Assembly (NCBI GenBank): GCA_016744755.1
Contig: JADGDT010000003.1
Span: forward strand, 16,548-78,417
Direction: 5' to 3'
Length of the DNA: 61,870 bases
Source of the DNA: Ichthyobacteriaceae bacterium
Lineage (GTDB): Bacteria > Bacteroidota > Bacteroidia > Flavobacteriales > JADGDT01
Shown here: positions 30,825 through 40,847 of the stretch, one piece after another
Numbering within the stretch: the first letter of the stretch is position 1
How the letters are laid out: every line of letters begins with the position of its first letter
The notes under the pieces: generated by a model
The model's database searches: none
What the model saw: the letters and a program-made list of their open reading frames with translations, nothing else
Told to the model about the DNA's origin: nothing
Made by a program: the position numbers and the translations under genes

Positions 30825-33077
30825 ATGAGTAAAAATGTAAATAGAAGAGAATTTATAAAGACTTCTGCAATGGGTACAGGAGGAGTGCTAGCCGCTTCGT
30901 CTATGTTCACATGGGTTCCAAGTTTCTTGGAAGATTCAGTAACACCTTTATTAGAGTCTCATGCAGAAAGAACCCCTACAGTATGTGAAGTATGCTTCTG
31001 GAACTGTGCAGGATGGGTTTACAAAGATAGAGATGGTAACATCCAAAAAATTATTGGAAACGAAGACGATCCAAATTCAAATGGTCGCCTTTGCCCAAGA
31101 GGTACTGCAGGAGTAGGAATCTACAACGATCCTGACAGACTAACAAAACCTCTAATGCGTGTTGGAGAACCTGGCAAGCAAGAATTCAAAGAAGTTGAGT
31201 GGGACGAGGCTTTAAATTTCATCACTGAAAAGATGAACAAAATTAAAGCAGAACACGGAGCAGAAGCAATGGCTTTGATGCACCACGGTACTGCTGGTCC
31301 TCATTTCAAGCACCTGTTCAAATCTTTCGGATCAAAATCAGAAGCTAAACCTGCTTCTTCTCAATGTTTGATTACTCGCGAATCAGGATTTATCAACACT
31401 TATGGTGCTGGTCTTGCTTCTCCTGAGCCTACTGACGTTAAAAACACTAAGTGTTTGGTATTAATAGGGAATCACATTGGAGAGAACATGCACAACGGAT
31501 ACGTACAAGAGGTATCTCACGCTGTAAATAGAGGTGCATCTATCATCACTGTTGATCCTCGTTTCTCTACTATAGCTAGTAAATCAAAATTCTGGTTACC
31601 TATACGTCCTTCTACCGATATGGCTTTATTGTTATCGTGGATGCATGTTATAATTAACGAAGAATTATACGACAAAAAATATGTTGAACAATATGTTTAT
31701 GGATTTGATGAATTAAAAGCTCATGTTGCAGGATACACTCCAGAGTGGGCGTATACTAAAACTGATATAAAGCCAGGAGACATTCGTAAAACTGCTCGTG
31801 AAATGGCTGCAGCATCGCCTTCAGTTATTATTCACCCAGGTCGTCACACTGCTTGGTATGGCGATGATACACAACGTACAAGATCTATTGCAATACTTAA
31901 TGCACTTCTTGGCTCTTACGGTAAAAAAGGAGGATACTATTTTCCTGAAAAAGCAAAACTTCCTGCTTATCCACATCCAGAATATCCACATCCACATTGG
32001 ACTGCTGGCGATTTAGCTAAGAAAGTTGGATATAAAGGAGCTATAGCTGGTATTACAAACGTAATACGTGAAGCATCTTTACCGGGAGCAAAAGAAAAAT
32101 TCGGACACGAATATAAAGGATGGTTTGTTGTTGCAACAAACTTAATTCAATCTATGCCTCAGAAAGATAAAACAATTGAAGCTCTTCAAAATCTAGACTT
32201 GGTTGTAGTAGTCGATACTATGCCAATGGAAATTACTGGTTATGCTGATGTTATTCTTCCGGAAGCAACTTATTTAGAGAGATACGATGTTGCACGTGTT
32301 GCGCAAAATCGTATTCCAAATATTGCACTTCGTATGCCTGCTGCAGAGCCAAAAGGCGATTCTAAACCAGGATGGTGGATTACTCGTGAGCTAGGTCTAA
32401 GACTTGGTCTAGACAAGTACTACCAATGGGAGAAGTACGAAGATGTTCTTGACTGGCAATTTAAGCAAGTTGGTTCTTCACTAGAGGAGATGAAAAAGAT
32501 TGGAGTTAAGCAATTCGACAAAAAATCTAAGCTTTACTTAGATGATGGCGAAGATTATTTCTTCAACACAAATACTGGTAAAATAGAATTATACTCTACA
32601 GATTTGGAAGCAATGGGCTACGATCCTATGCCAAAATACACAGAGCATGAGCAACCAGAAGATGGTTATTACAGATTGATTTACGGACGTGCTCCAATGC
32701 ACACATTCGGACGTACAATCAACTCTCCTAATATGAGTGATTTGATGGAAGAGAACGCAATTTGGGTCAATCCTAAAGTTGCTAAAATCAACGATATTAA
32801 ATCTGGTCAGGAGATTTGGCTAGAAAACCAAGATGGCATTAAATCTACTTTCTCTGCAAAAGTTAGAGTAACAGAGAGAATAAGACACGATTCTATTTAC
32901 ATCGTTCACGGATTTGGACATACAAATAAGAAGCTTACAAGAGCTTACGGAAAAGGTATTGCTGATTCTGAATTGATTACAAAGATTAAAGTTGATCCTA
33001 TTACTGGTGGTACTGGTATGAGATCGAACTTTGTTACGCTTTTAACTGAAAATCCACACAAAAAAGATATAGTATAA
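30825..33077 (+). CDS. psrA: Molybdopterin catalytic subunit, polysulfide/thiosulfate reductase PsrA/PhsA type
   Basis: Tat signal NRREFIK; CEVCFWNC...LCPRG Fe-S motif; putative Mo-ligand Cys in ASSQC; ADVILPEATYLER. Confidence 0.88.
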   Translation: MSKNVNRREFIKTSAMGTGGVLAASSMFTWVPSFLEDSVTPLLESHAERTPTVCEVCFWNCAGWVYKDRDGNIQKIIGNEDDPNSNGRLCPRGTAGVGIYNDPDRLTKPLMRVGEPGKQEFKEVEWDEALNFITEKMNKIKAEHGAEAMALMHHGTAGPHFKHLFKSFGSKSEAKPASSQCLITRESGFINTYGAGLASPEPTDVKNTKCLVLIGNHIGENMHNGYVQEVSHAVNRGASIITVDPRFSTIASKSKFWLPIRPSTDMALLLSWMHVIINEELYDKKYVEQYVYGFDELKAHVAGYTPEWAYTKTDIKPGDIRKTAREMAAASPSVIIHPGRHTAWYGDDTQRTRSIAILNALLGSYGKKGGYYFPEKAKLPAYPHPEYPHPHWTAGDLAKKVGYKGAIAGITNVIREASLPGAKEKFGHEYKGWFVVATNLIQSMPQKDKTIEALQNLDLVVVVDTMPMEITGYADVILPEATYLERYDVARVAQNRIPNIALRMPAAEPKGDSKPGWWITRELGLRLGLDKYYQWEKYEDVLDWQFKQVGSSLEEMKKIGVKQFDKKSKLYLDDGEDYFFNTNTGKIELYSTDLEAMGYDPMPKYTEHEQPEDGYYRLIYGRAPMHTFGRTINSPNMSDLMEENAIWVNPKVAKINDIKSGQEIWLENQDGIKSTFSAKVRVTERIRHDSIYIVHGFGHTNKKLTRAYGKGIADSELITKIKVDPITGGTGMRSNFVTLLTENPHKKDIV

Positions 33078-33610
33078 TGAGGTATGCAATGGCAATGGAC
33101 ACTAGCTTATGTGTCGGATGTGCGGACTGTGTAGTTGCATGTCAAACTGAAAACAATGTTCCTGAGGGATATTGTAGAGATTGGATAGTAGAAAATGTAG
33201 ATGGTACTTACCCCCTACTTGATCTAGAAATTCGTTCGGAAAGATGTAATCACTGCGAGGATACTCCATGTGTTAGAACTTGTCCTACAGGAGCTAGTCA
33301 CGTAATCGAAGGAGGAATCGTAAAGGTTACTCACGAAGAATGTATTGGTTGTGGTGCTTGTATTGAGTCTTGTCCTTATGATGCTCGTTATTTCCACCCC
33401 GATGGATATGTAGATAAATGTACTTTCTGCGACCATAGAGTTGCAGCAGGAGATACTACTGCTTGTGTATCTGTTTGTCCTACTCACGCTTTAACTTTTG
33501 GAGATCTTCACGATTCTGAATCTGAAATATCTAAACTTCTTGCTACAAGAAAATATAAAGTTTTAGCTGAAGAAGCAGGTACAAAACCTCAACTGTATTT
33601 CTTAACGTAA
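33077..33610 (+). CDS. psrB: 4Fe-4S dicluster subunit PsrB/PhsB
   Basis: CVGCADCVVAC, CNHCEDTPCVRTCP, CIGCGACIESCP, KCTFC..CVSVCP. Confidence 0.93.
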   Translation: MRYAMAMDTSLCVGCADCVVACQTENNVPEGYCRDWIVENVDGTYPLLDLEIRSERCNHCEDTPCVRTCPTGASHVIEGGIVKVTHEECIGCGACIESCPYDARYFHPDGYVDKCTFCDHRVAAGDTTACVSVCPTHALTFGDLHDSESEISKLLATRKYKVLAEEAGTKPQLYFLT

Positions 33611-33613
33611 ACT

Positions 33614-33735
33614 AAGCCTTTAGCTACTGGCTGTAAGCCTTTAGCTAAAGTATGCTTTAATATAATAATTAGGTTAGCAAATAGCAAAGGTTAGAAACCA
33701 AACGCTAAAAGCTAAAAGCCAAAAGCCAAAAGCTT
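33614..33735. repeat. Degenerate heptamer repeats in inverted arrangement
   Basis: agcctttagctactggct... facing ...gctaaaagctaaaagccaaaagccaaaagct. Confidence 0.55.
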
Positions 33736-33741
33736 ATAAAA

Positions 33742-34737
33742 ATGAAAGAAAGATTATTCACAAGCGGTAGAAACATGCTAGATATCGATCCGGTATTACA
33801 TGCATGGCACTGGGAAATTCCAGCATACCTATTCTTAGGAGGATTAGCCGCAGGATTAGTTTTCTTCTCTTCCTTTTACTATTTAAGAGGAAAAGAAGAC
33901 AAAATGCCAATAGCTGTAAAAGTTGCTCCTTTTGTAGCTCCTATAGCTATTATTATTGGTTTGATTTTCTTGTTATTAGACTTGAAACACAAACTTTACT
34001 TCTGGCAGTTGTACACAACTATCAGATTGGACTCTCCTATGTCATGGGGAGCTTGGACACTAGGTATTGTAATGCCATTATCTATTATCTGGCCTTTACT
34101 TTACTTAGATGATTTGAAAAAATATTTTTGGAACAAAAATATTATAATATATGAGATTATAGATTGGCTCGAGGGACTTATAAATGATTTTGATTTTACT
34201 AAATCATTATTAGGTTGGTTAAAGGAAAATCAAAAAGTAATTGCGTGGGCTAATATTATTTTATCAGTAATTCTCGGTGTTTATACTGGTATTTTATTGT
34301 CTGCATTTAATGCACGTCCTTTGTGGAACACAGCAATACTCGGGCCTTTATTCTTAACATCAGGTATATCTACAGCAGCAGCTACAATTATGTGGATGAC
34401 TAACGACCACTACGAAAGAATACGTTTTAGTAGAATTGACCTTTGGTTAATTGCAGTTGAGTTATTCCTAATTACTCATATGTTTATGGGACTTACTGCA
34501 GGTACTCAGGCTTCGGCCGAAGCAGCATCCCTGTTTATGGGAGGACCATACACAGCAGTATTTTGGATAGGAGTTGTTGCAATGGGATTATTATTGCCTG
34601 CAACACTAGAAATTATGGAATTAATAGGATTTAAAATTCCTATAGCGATTCCTGCTTTCCTAATTCTTGTTGGTGGTGCATTATTCCGTTTTGTAATGGT
34701 TGATGCAGGTCAATTATCGAGATATTTCTTCCAATAA
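33742..34737 (+). CDS. psrC: NrfD/PsrC membrane anchor
   Basis: W.WEIPAYLFLGGLAAG, LLLDL, SPMSWGAW, YTGILLS...RPLWN. Confidence 0.92.
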   Translation: MKERLFTSGRNMLDIDPVLHAWHWEIPAYLFLGGLAAGLVFFSSFYYLRGKEDKMPIAVKVAPFVAPIAIIIGLIFLLLDLKHKLYFWQLYTTIRLDSPMSWGAWTLGIVMPLSIIWPLLYLDDLKKYFWNKNIIIYEIIDWLEGLINDFDFTKSLLGWLKENQKVIAWANIILSVILGVYTGILLSAFNARPLWNTAILGPLFLTSGISTAAATIMWMTNDHYERIRFSRIDLWLIAVELFLITHMFMGLTAGTQASAEAASLFMGGPYTAVFWIGVVAMGLLLPATLEIMELIGFKIPIAIPAFLILVGGALFRFVMVDAGQLSRYFFQ

Positions 34738-34750
34738 ACTAGATATAAAG

Positions 34751-35269
34751 ATGTCTTATACACAACAAAAATATATGAATCCTTACGTAGCCGGAGTGTT
34801 ACTAGGATTAGTAATTACAGCATCGTTTGTAATAACTGGACAAGGTACTGGAGCAAGTGGTGCTTTCAAAGATATTATTGCAGCAGGAGTTGTAAAATTC
34901 ACACCTGAGTTTGCAGAGTCATCAGCATTCTTTAATCATTATGTAGGAGCAGAACATTCTCCAGCAAAAGCGTGGTTAGTTTTTGAAATACTAGGTGTAA
35001 TTGTGGGAGCAATTTTATCTGGAGCATTAGCCAACAGAATTGCTCTAAAAGTAGAACACTCACCAAAAATAACCTCTAAAACTAGAATTATTATGGCAAT
35101 TGCAGGTGGTGTACTTTTCGGATTAGGCTCTCAACTTGGTAGAGGTTGTACCTCTGGTGCAGGATTAAGTGGTATGGCAGTAATGTCAGCTTCTGGATTC
35201 ATTGCAGTAGGTGCAATATTCGGAGTAGGTTATGCTTTTGCATGGGTATTTAAAAAATATTGGGTATAA
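34751..35269 (+). CDS. YeeE/YedE sulfur-compound transporter (half-size)
   Basis: NPYVAGVLLG, LGRGCTSG; start reassigned to ATG 34751. Confidence 0.88.
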   Translation: MSYTQQKYMNPYVAGVLLGLVITASFVITGQGTGASGAFKDIIAAGVVKFTPEFAESSAFFNHYVGAEHSPAKAWLVFEILGVIVGAILSGALANRIALKVEHSPKITSKTRIIMAIAGGVLFGLGSQLGRGCTSGAGLSGMAVMSASGFIAVGAIFGVGYAFAWVFKKYWV

Positions 35270-35363
35270 ATAAAGAGTTTAATCGATAAACTGTTGAACT
35301 GTTTAATTGAAATACATGATAACAACTCAACAACTAAACGATTAAACAATTAAACAAAAAAAT

Positions 35364-35948
35364 ATGGCACCATTAATAACACCAGGAAGTGAATTTGACC
35401 TAATGTGGGCATTCATTATAGGTATAGCGTTCGGTTTCATTCTTGAAGCGGCAGGCTTCTCTACTTCCAGAAAACTTGTAGGGTTGTTCTACGGATACGA
35501 TTTTACAGTTTTAAAAGTATTCTTTACGGCAGCAGTAACAGCGGCTACAGGTCTATTACTTTTTAATCATTTCGGAATAGTAGATTTCGGAGCAATTTAT
35601 GTTCCTACTACATTTCTTTGGCCAACAGTCGTTGGTGGATCAATTATGGGATTAGGATTCTTACTAGGAGGTTTTTGTCCCGGAACCAGCGTCTGTGCAG
35701 CAGCTATTGGGAAACTAGATGCATTAGCATTCTTGGGAGGCTTAGTACTAGGTATTTTATTCTATACTTTAACTTTCGAATCAATTTGGATGGAATTCCG
35801 TAAAACTTCAAACCTTGGCGTACTCCTTATGTCTGATGTTATGGGAGTTTCTTATGGAGTATCTGTATTGATTTTTTCAATAATTGCAATAGCAACATTC
35901 TTACTTGTGAGTAAAATCAAGGAAAGAATAGCTGATGTTGAATACTAA
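35364..35948 (+). CDS. YeeE/YedE sulfur-compound transporter (half-size)
   Basis: GIAFGFILE..GF, GGFCPGT. Confidence 0.88.
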   Translation: MAPLITPGSEFDLMWAFIIGIAFGFILEAAGFSTSRKLVGLFYGYDFTVLKVFFTAAVTAATGLLLFNHFGIVDFGAIYVPTTFLWPTVVGGSIMGLGFLLGGFCPGTSVCAAAIGKLDALAFLGGLVLGILFYTLTFESIWMEFRKTSNLGVLLMSDVMGVSYGVSVLIFSIIAIATFLLVSKIKERIADVEY

Positions 35949-35960
35949 ACAAATAAAAAA

Positions 35961-36581
35961 ATGAGAGTTAGAAAAACATTATCTGCTACCGTTCTTATTG
36001 CTACAGGTGTATTTCTTGCATTTACAGGACTTTATGTCCCTAAGGAAGAAATTGCTCCTGAAGATTTAGTAAGAACATTAGAGCGAAACGAAAACTATTA
36101 TAGTGTTGATAAAGTTGCAGAGCAACTAATATCAAAAGATCCTTTACTACAATTAGTAGATGTTAGATCTGAAGAAGAATATAATAAATTCTCTCTACCT
36201 GGATCAATAAATATTCCTCTTGAAAAAATACTAGATGTATCAAGTCAGGATTATGTATATCAAGAAATTTACAATACTGTTTTTTATTCAAACGGTACTA
36301 CCGATGCTCTTGTAGCATTAATGGTAGTTACTCGTAAGGGCTACAAAAACAATTATGTAATGAAAGGAGGGCTTAACGAATGGGTTGAGAAAATTTTACG
36401 TCCAAAACACGAAGGTAACTTCGATATTACAACTGAAGAATTATACCAATTCCGTAAAGGGGCTCAAGCTTACTTTGGTGGAGGAAGTGCTACTCCAGTA
36501 GTAGATGCATCAGCAGCTCCAAAGCCAAAGAGAAAAGCTGTAAAACGTAAAAAGAAAGCCGTTTCTGGTGGTTGTGGTTAA
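35961..36581 (+). CDS. Membrane-anchored rhodanese-fold protein lacking active-site Cys, with C-terminal GGCG tail
   Basis: LVDVRS..EY..LPGSINIP, MKGGLNEW; loop VFYSNG; the only Cys is in the tail. Confidence 0.85.
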   Translation: MRVRKTLSATVLIATGVFLAFTGLYVPKEEIAPEDLVRTLERNENYYSVDKVAEQLISKDPLLQLVDVRSEEEYNKFSLPGSINIPLEKILDVSSQDYVYQEIYNTVFYSNGTTDALVALMVVTRKGYKNNYVMKGGLNEWVEKILRPKHEGNFDITTEELYQFRKGAQAYFGGGSATPVVDASAAPKPKRKAVKRKKKAVSGGCG

Positions 36582-36720
36582 TTTTAGCTAATAGCTCAAA
36601 GCTCGAAGCTGGAAGTCAGAAGCTCGAATTAACAAGTTTACTTCAATCTGATAACTTCAACCTTCTAACTATTTTTGCTAATAGCTAAAAGCTAAAGGCC
36701 AAAAGCTTAAAAAAACAGAT

Positions 36721-37356
36721 ATGAAAAATTTAAGTAAAATATTATTGTTCCTTGTTATTACTGCTTCATTTACTAGTTGTACTGAAGAGGTAAAACAAGA
36801 GTACGTTCTTACACCAGAAGAAATATTAGATTTCTATGTAAATGGTGGAAAAACAAATTCTAAATTCGCTCTAAGTGAAGAAGAGTTTGCTGACATAGTT
36901 CTATTGAAAGACACTGCAAATTATCAATTTATTGATGTTAGAAGTGCTCATGAATTTATAGGTTCTCATTTACCTGATGCTATCAACATCCCTTTATCTA
37001 AGAAGTTTTTATGTGATGCTAACATGAAACAATTAAATCAGGATAAAAAAATATTGGTCCTTTTTGGTAAAAACTCTTCTCAATCTGTAGCAACATTTTT
37101 ATTACTAAAGCAACTTGGTTTTAAGAACATGAAAGTTGCACTAGGTGGATGTCACTATTCTAAAGGATACTTGATGAATAACTTTGGTATGCGTACTGGA
37201 GCTTATAACGGAGAAACAGCAAGATATGACTATTCTAAAGTTGTAGCTGAAACATCGGGAGCAGGAGCAGCAGTTGCTAGTTCTTCATCGGCATCAAAGC
37301 CAAAGAGAAAAGCAGTGAAACGTAAAAAGAAAGCTGTTTCTGGTGGATGTGGTTAA
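36721..37356 (+). CDS. Rhodanese-fold lipoprotein lacking active-site Cys, with GGCG tail
   Basis: Lipobox FTSC; FIDVRS..EF..HLPDAINIP; loop VLFGKN. Confidence 0.85.
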   Translation: MKNLSKILLFLVITASFTSCTEEVKQEYVLTPEEILDFYVNGGKTNSKFALSEEEFADIVLLKDTANYQFIDVRSAHEFIGSHLPDAINIPLSKKFLCDANMKQLNQDKKILVLFGKNSSQSVATFLLLKQLGFKNMKVALGGCHYSKGYLMNNFGMRTGAYNGETARYDYSKVVAETSGAGAAVASSSSASKPKRKAVKRKKKAVSGGCG

Positions 37357-37482
37357 TAAGATAGGAGCTCGAAGTCAAAAGTTAGAAGTATCATGTATTC
37401 TTCAAAATAACGATTTCAACCTTCGAACTATTTTTTTGCCAATAGCTAATTGCTATAGGCCAAAAACTTAAAATAAAGAAAT

Positions 37483-38601
37483 ATGAAAAATTTAAATAAA
37501 ATATTAATCTTTCTTGCTCTTACTGCATCATTCACTAGTTGTAGCGATGAAGTATGTGTACCAGGAAAAGGTTTAAAGGATGTAACAGTAGTTAAAGACT
37601 CTGTGAATCCTACAGAAATTACACATAGATTCATTAAGGCTACTGGAGAATATGTGGTTTCAAATGGACCTGTTATAGTTTCTGCTGATGAAGTTTACGA
37701 AAACTTATCAGATTATTTAGTAATTGACTTAAGAAATGCCGATGAGTATTCTAAAGGGCATATTAATGGAGCTTTAAATGTTGAACTAGAAAAATTAGTT
37801 GAATACATGAATAATAAAGTTGCCGCAAATGCATACAAAAAAGTTGTGATTACTTGCCACTCAGGTCAATCAGCATCTTTTGCAGCAGGTATTCTACGTA
37901 CTATTGGGTACAACAACGTTTACTCTATGAAGTATGGTATGAATTCTTGGAGTAATGAATATCCTAATAAATGGGTAGCTAATGTTTCAAGTAAATTATC
38001 AAATAATCTAGAAACTAAAGATAACCCTAAGGGAAAATCAGTAAAGCTTCCAGTAATTAAATCCGAAAAACAACTTGCTTCGGCAATCTTAAAAGAAAGA
38101 GCCATAACTGTACTTAATAAAGGATGGAAAGCTGCAACTATAAGAGTTGATGATGTAACTGCTAATCCTGATAAATATTATATTATTAGTTACTGGCCTA
38201 AAGCAAGATACAACTCTGGACACCTTAAAGGAGCAATACAATATACCCCAAAAAAAGATTTACGAATGGACGCATCGTTAAATACTTTACCTACAAACAA
38301 AACTATTGTAGTTTACTGTTATACGGGTCAAGTGTCGGCTTACACTGTTGCATATTTAAGAACTCTGGGTTACGATGCAAAAACTATGGTATTTGGAGCA
38401 AATAGCTTTGAGAATTCTGTTTTAGTAAGTAAAGGTTGGGCTGGATTTACTGCAAGTGCAGTAGCCAATTCTTACCCTAGCATAACTGGAGCTAACCCAA
38501 CAAATGCAAGAGCAACAGTTGCTTCAGCTAAAGTACAACCTACTAAGAAAAAGAAAGCTGTAAAACGTAAGAAGAAAGCAGTTTCTGGTGGTTGTGGTTA
38601 A
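37483..38601 (+). CDS. Tandem rhodanese lipoprotein with two catalytic-type Cys and GGCG tail
   Basis: Lipobox FTSC; VITCHSGQSA and VVYCYTGQVSA. Confidence 0.9.
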   Translation: MKNLNKILIFLALTASFTSCSDEVCVPGKGLKDVTVVKDSVNPTEITHRFIKATGEYVVSNGPVIVSADEVYENLSDYLVIDLRNADEYSKGHINGALNVELEKLVEYMNNKVAANAYKKVVITCHSGQSASFAAGILRTIGYNNVYSMKYGMNSWSNEYPNKWVANVSSKLSNNLETKDNPKGKSVKLPVIKSEKQLASAILKERAITVLNKGWKAATIRVDDVTANPDKYYIISYWPKARYNSGHLKGAIQYTPKKDLRMDASLNTLPTNKTIVVYCYTGQVSAYTVAYLRTLGYDAKTMVFGANSFENSVLVSKGWAGFTASAVANSYPSITGANPTNARATVASAKVQPTKKKKAVKRKKKAVSGGCG

Positions 38602-38760
38602 TTTTAATTAATAGCTCTAAGCTCACTCAACTAAGAAAAATGCTAAAGGTTAGTTGCTAACTAAGCTAATGTACAAAGTATAAATGAAATGCAGTCTTGA
38701 GATTCCTGCTTTAAGTTATTATTTTAATAATCTATATTATCTCATTGTATTGATTGACAG

Positions 38761-38790
38761 AAAAAGCCATGCTATTAGCGTGGCTTTTTT
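38761..38790 (+). terminator. Rho-independent terminator of the sulfur operon
   Basis: aaaaagccatgcta-t-tagcgtggctttttt; a near copy lies at about 38828-38861. Confidence 0.7.
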
Positions 38791-38880
38791 GTTTATGATT
38801 TAACCTACCTAATGAAAAATTAATATTTAAAAGTCATGCTAAAAAATAGCGTGACTTTTTTGTTATATTGCAAATAAAAA

Positions 38881-39192
38881 ATGTCTAAAAAAAATGAGTT
38901 CACTCCTTACTACGCAGTAATATTTACATCAACAAGAACCGAAGGCGATAATGAATATTCAAAAATGGCTGATAGAATGGTAGAATTGGCAAGTCAACAA
39001 GATGGATTTATTTCTTTAGATTCTGCACGAGAAGAAATAGGGATTACTGTTTCTTATTGGAGAAACTTAGAATCTATTAAAAAATGGAAAGCTAACAGTG
39101 AACATAAAATTGCTCAACAAAAAGGGAAAAGTAATTGGTACAAAAATTACACTGTCAGAATTGCTAGGGTTGAAAATGAATATAGTTTTTAG
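38881..39192 (+). CDS. Antibiotic biosynthesis monooxygenase family protein
   Basis: PYYAVIFTS, GITVSYW, WK...EH..AQ..GK..WY. Confidence 0.9.
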   Translation: MSKKNEFTPYYAVIFTSTRTEGDNEYSKMADRMVELASQQDGFISLDSAREEIGITVSYWRNLESIKKWKANSEHKIAQQKGKSNWYKNYTVRIARVENEYSF

Positions 39193-39198
39193 AAATAT

Positions 39199-39822
39199 AT
39201 GAGCATAAAAAATTACTTCTCGAAAGACGAAAACAAAAGGTCTGAATATATTTTCAACCTCATAGCCCCACTCTACTCCAAAATGAATCATCAAATTGGG
39301 ACAAATTATTCTAAGGTGATAGAAACTCTTAAAAACAAAATAGATATTGAGGGTAAAAAAATACTCGATATTGGAAGTGGAACAGGAGTTTGGTCGGCAG
39401 TATATAAAAATAATGGAGCAGGGGAAGTTATAGGAATAGACTTTGCCAAGAAAATGGTTTTGGAAAGCAACAAGAATTATCCAAACCTTAACTTTATGCA
39501 AGGCGATGCTGAAAACCTTCATCAGTTTGAAGATAACACTTTTGATATTGTTACTTCATCGTACGTAATACACGGAGTAACACAAAAACACCGAAATAGG
39601 ATGCTATCAGAAATGAAAAGAGTTTCTAAAAAACACATAGTTCTCCACGATTTTAAAGGCAAAACGCCTCTACTTGTACGTTTTTTAGAATTTATGGAAC
39701 GTAGTGATTACAAGCATTTCAAGGTAAATATTTGCGATGAACTAAAATCAATTTCTACGAAAGTAGAAAGTGTTGATTTGGAATATGGTAATGGATTATA
39801 TATTGTTGACATTAGCAGTTAG
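39199..39822 (+). CDS. Class I SAM-dependent methyltransferase (UbiE-like)
   Basis: ILDIGSGTG, GIDFAKKM, QGDAENL..FEDNTFD. Confidence 0.9.
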   Translation: MSIKNYFSKDENKRSEYIFNLIAPLYSKMNHQIGTNYSKVIETLKNKIDIEGKKILDIGSGTGVWSAVYKNNGAGEVIGIDFAKKMVLESNKNYPNLNFMQGDAENLHQFEDNTFDIVTSSYVIHGVTQKHRNRMLSEMKRVSKKHIVLHDFKGKTPLLVRFLEFMERSDYKHFKVNICDELKSISTKVESVDLEYGNGLYIVDISS

Positions 39823-39829
39823 CAGTTTT

Positions 39830-39892
39830 CAATTATCAATTATCAATTAGCAATTATCAATTAGCAATTAGCAATTAGCAATTAGCAATTAG
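39830..39892. repeat. Heptamer tandem repeat CAATTA(G/T) x9
   Basis: Read directly. Confidence 0.9.
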
Positions 39893-40001
39893 AAGTGAAC
39901 AATTTCATATTAACTTTGAGTATTGAAATATCACCTTTCACCTTCTAGTTTTGAGCTTTAATCTTTGAACTTCGATTATAAATTTTTTGACCTTAAGTAA
40001 G

Positions 40002-40490
40002 ATGCAAATAATAAGAAAAGTTACACCTGAAGATACAGAAGCAATTCTAGAAATTTACAACTACTACATCGTTAACTCAATTGCTACCTTCGATGAGGAT
40101 AAGAAAACTCTTGAGGAGATAAAAAACAAAATAACAGATACAATAAAAATATATCCATGGTTTGTTTTAATGGAAAACAATGAACTAATTGCATTTGCTT
40201 ATGCTATCCAGTGGAAAGATAAAAGTGCATACAATCAAAGTGTAGAAGGAACAATTTATATTAAAACCGGACACGAAGGCAAAGGTGTTGGCACTACTCT
40301 TTACACCTACCTCATCAATTACCTAAAATCAAATGGATATCATTCTATACTTGGAGTTATTAGCCTTCCTAACGATTCTAGTATTGCTATGCATCAGAAG
40401 TTGAGCTTCGAGAAAGTTGCCCATTTCAAAGAAATTGGAAGAAAGTTTAATAGACAAATTGATGTTGGTTGTTGGCAATTGATTTTGTAG
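40002..40490 (+). CDS. GNAT N-acetyltransferase (phosphinothricin/YncA type)
   Basis: IYNYYI..S.ATF, GKGVGT, PNDSSIAMH, GRKF; ATG at 40002. Confidence 0.9.
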   Translation: MQIIRKVTPEDTEAILEIYNYYIVNSIATFDEDKKTLEEIKNKITDTIKIYPWFVLMENNELIAFAYAIQWKDKSAYNQSVEGTIYIKTGHEGKGVGTTLYTYLINYLKSNGYHSILGVISLPNDSSIAMHQKLSFEKVAHFKEIGRKFNRQIDVGCWQLIL

Positions 40491-40517
40491 ATTTAAAAAA
40501 GTATAAAACTTAAATCT

Positions 40518-40832
40518 ATGTACAAACATATTTTAAAAAAGCTTGCTATTGTAGGTGTTGTAATTCTATCAATGGTATATTCTTGCGAGACTAAGCCCTG
40601 TTGCGAAGGTTCTGAAATAGGAACTATAAAAGATTACTCTAGTTTAGATGGATGTTCTTTTATGGTTGAACTTACTGATGGCGAAAAATTACAAGTTATA
40701 AATCTAAATGATTTCGATGTAAATATTGAGGATGGTAACAAAATCTCAATTTCGTATCACGAAGCAGAGGCAATGGCAGGAATATGCATGGCGGGCAAAA
40801 TGGTTGAAGCCGATTGTATCTGTGAAGAATAA
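40518..40832 (+). CDS. Small Cys-rich lipoprotein
   Basis: Lipobox VYSC; LDGC, GICMAG, CICE. Confidence 0.75.
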   Translation: MYKHILKKLAIVGVVILSMVYSCETKPCCEGSEIGTIKDYSSLDGCSFMVELTDGEKLQVINLNDFDVNIEDGNKISISYHEAEAMAGICMAGKMVEADCICEE

Positions 40833-40847
40833 TGTATTAATGATTTA

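Noticed and set aside
35961..38601. Selenocysteine read-through or true SoxYZ genes
   Set aside because: All three tails encode Cys by TGT and stop at TAA; the bodies are rhodanese folds and no sox genes are present
39830..39892. Possible CRISPR array (also 56182-56235 and the four leader copies)
   Set aside because: Heptamer tandem repeats have no spacers, leader copies are separated by whole genes, and no cas genes are present
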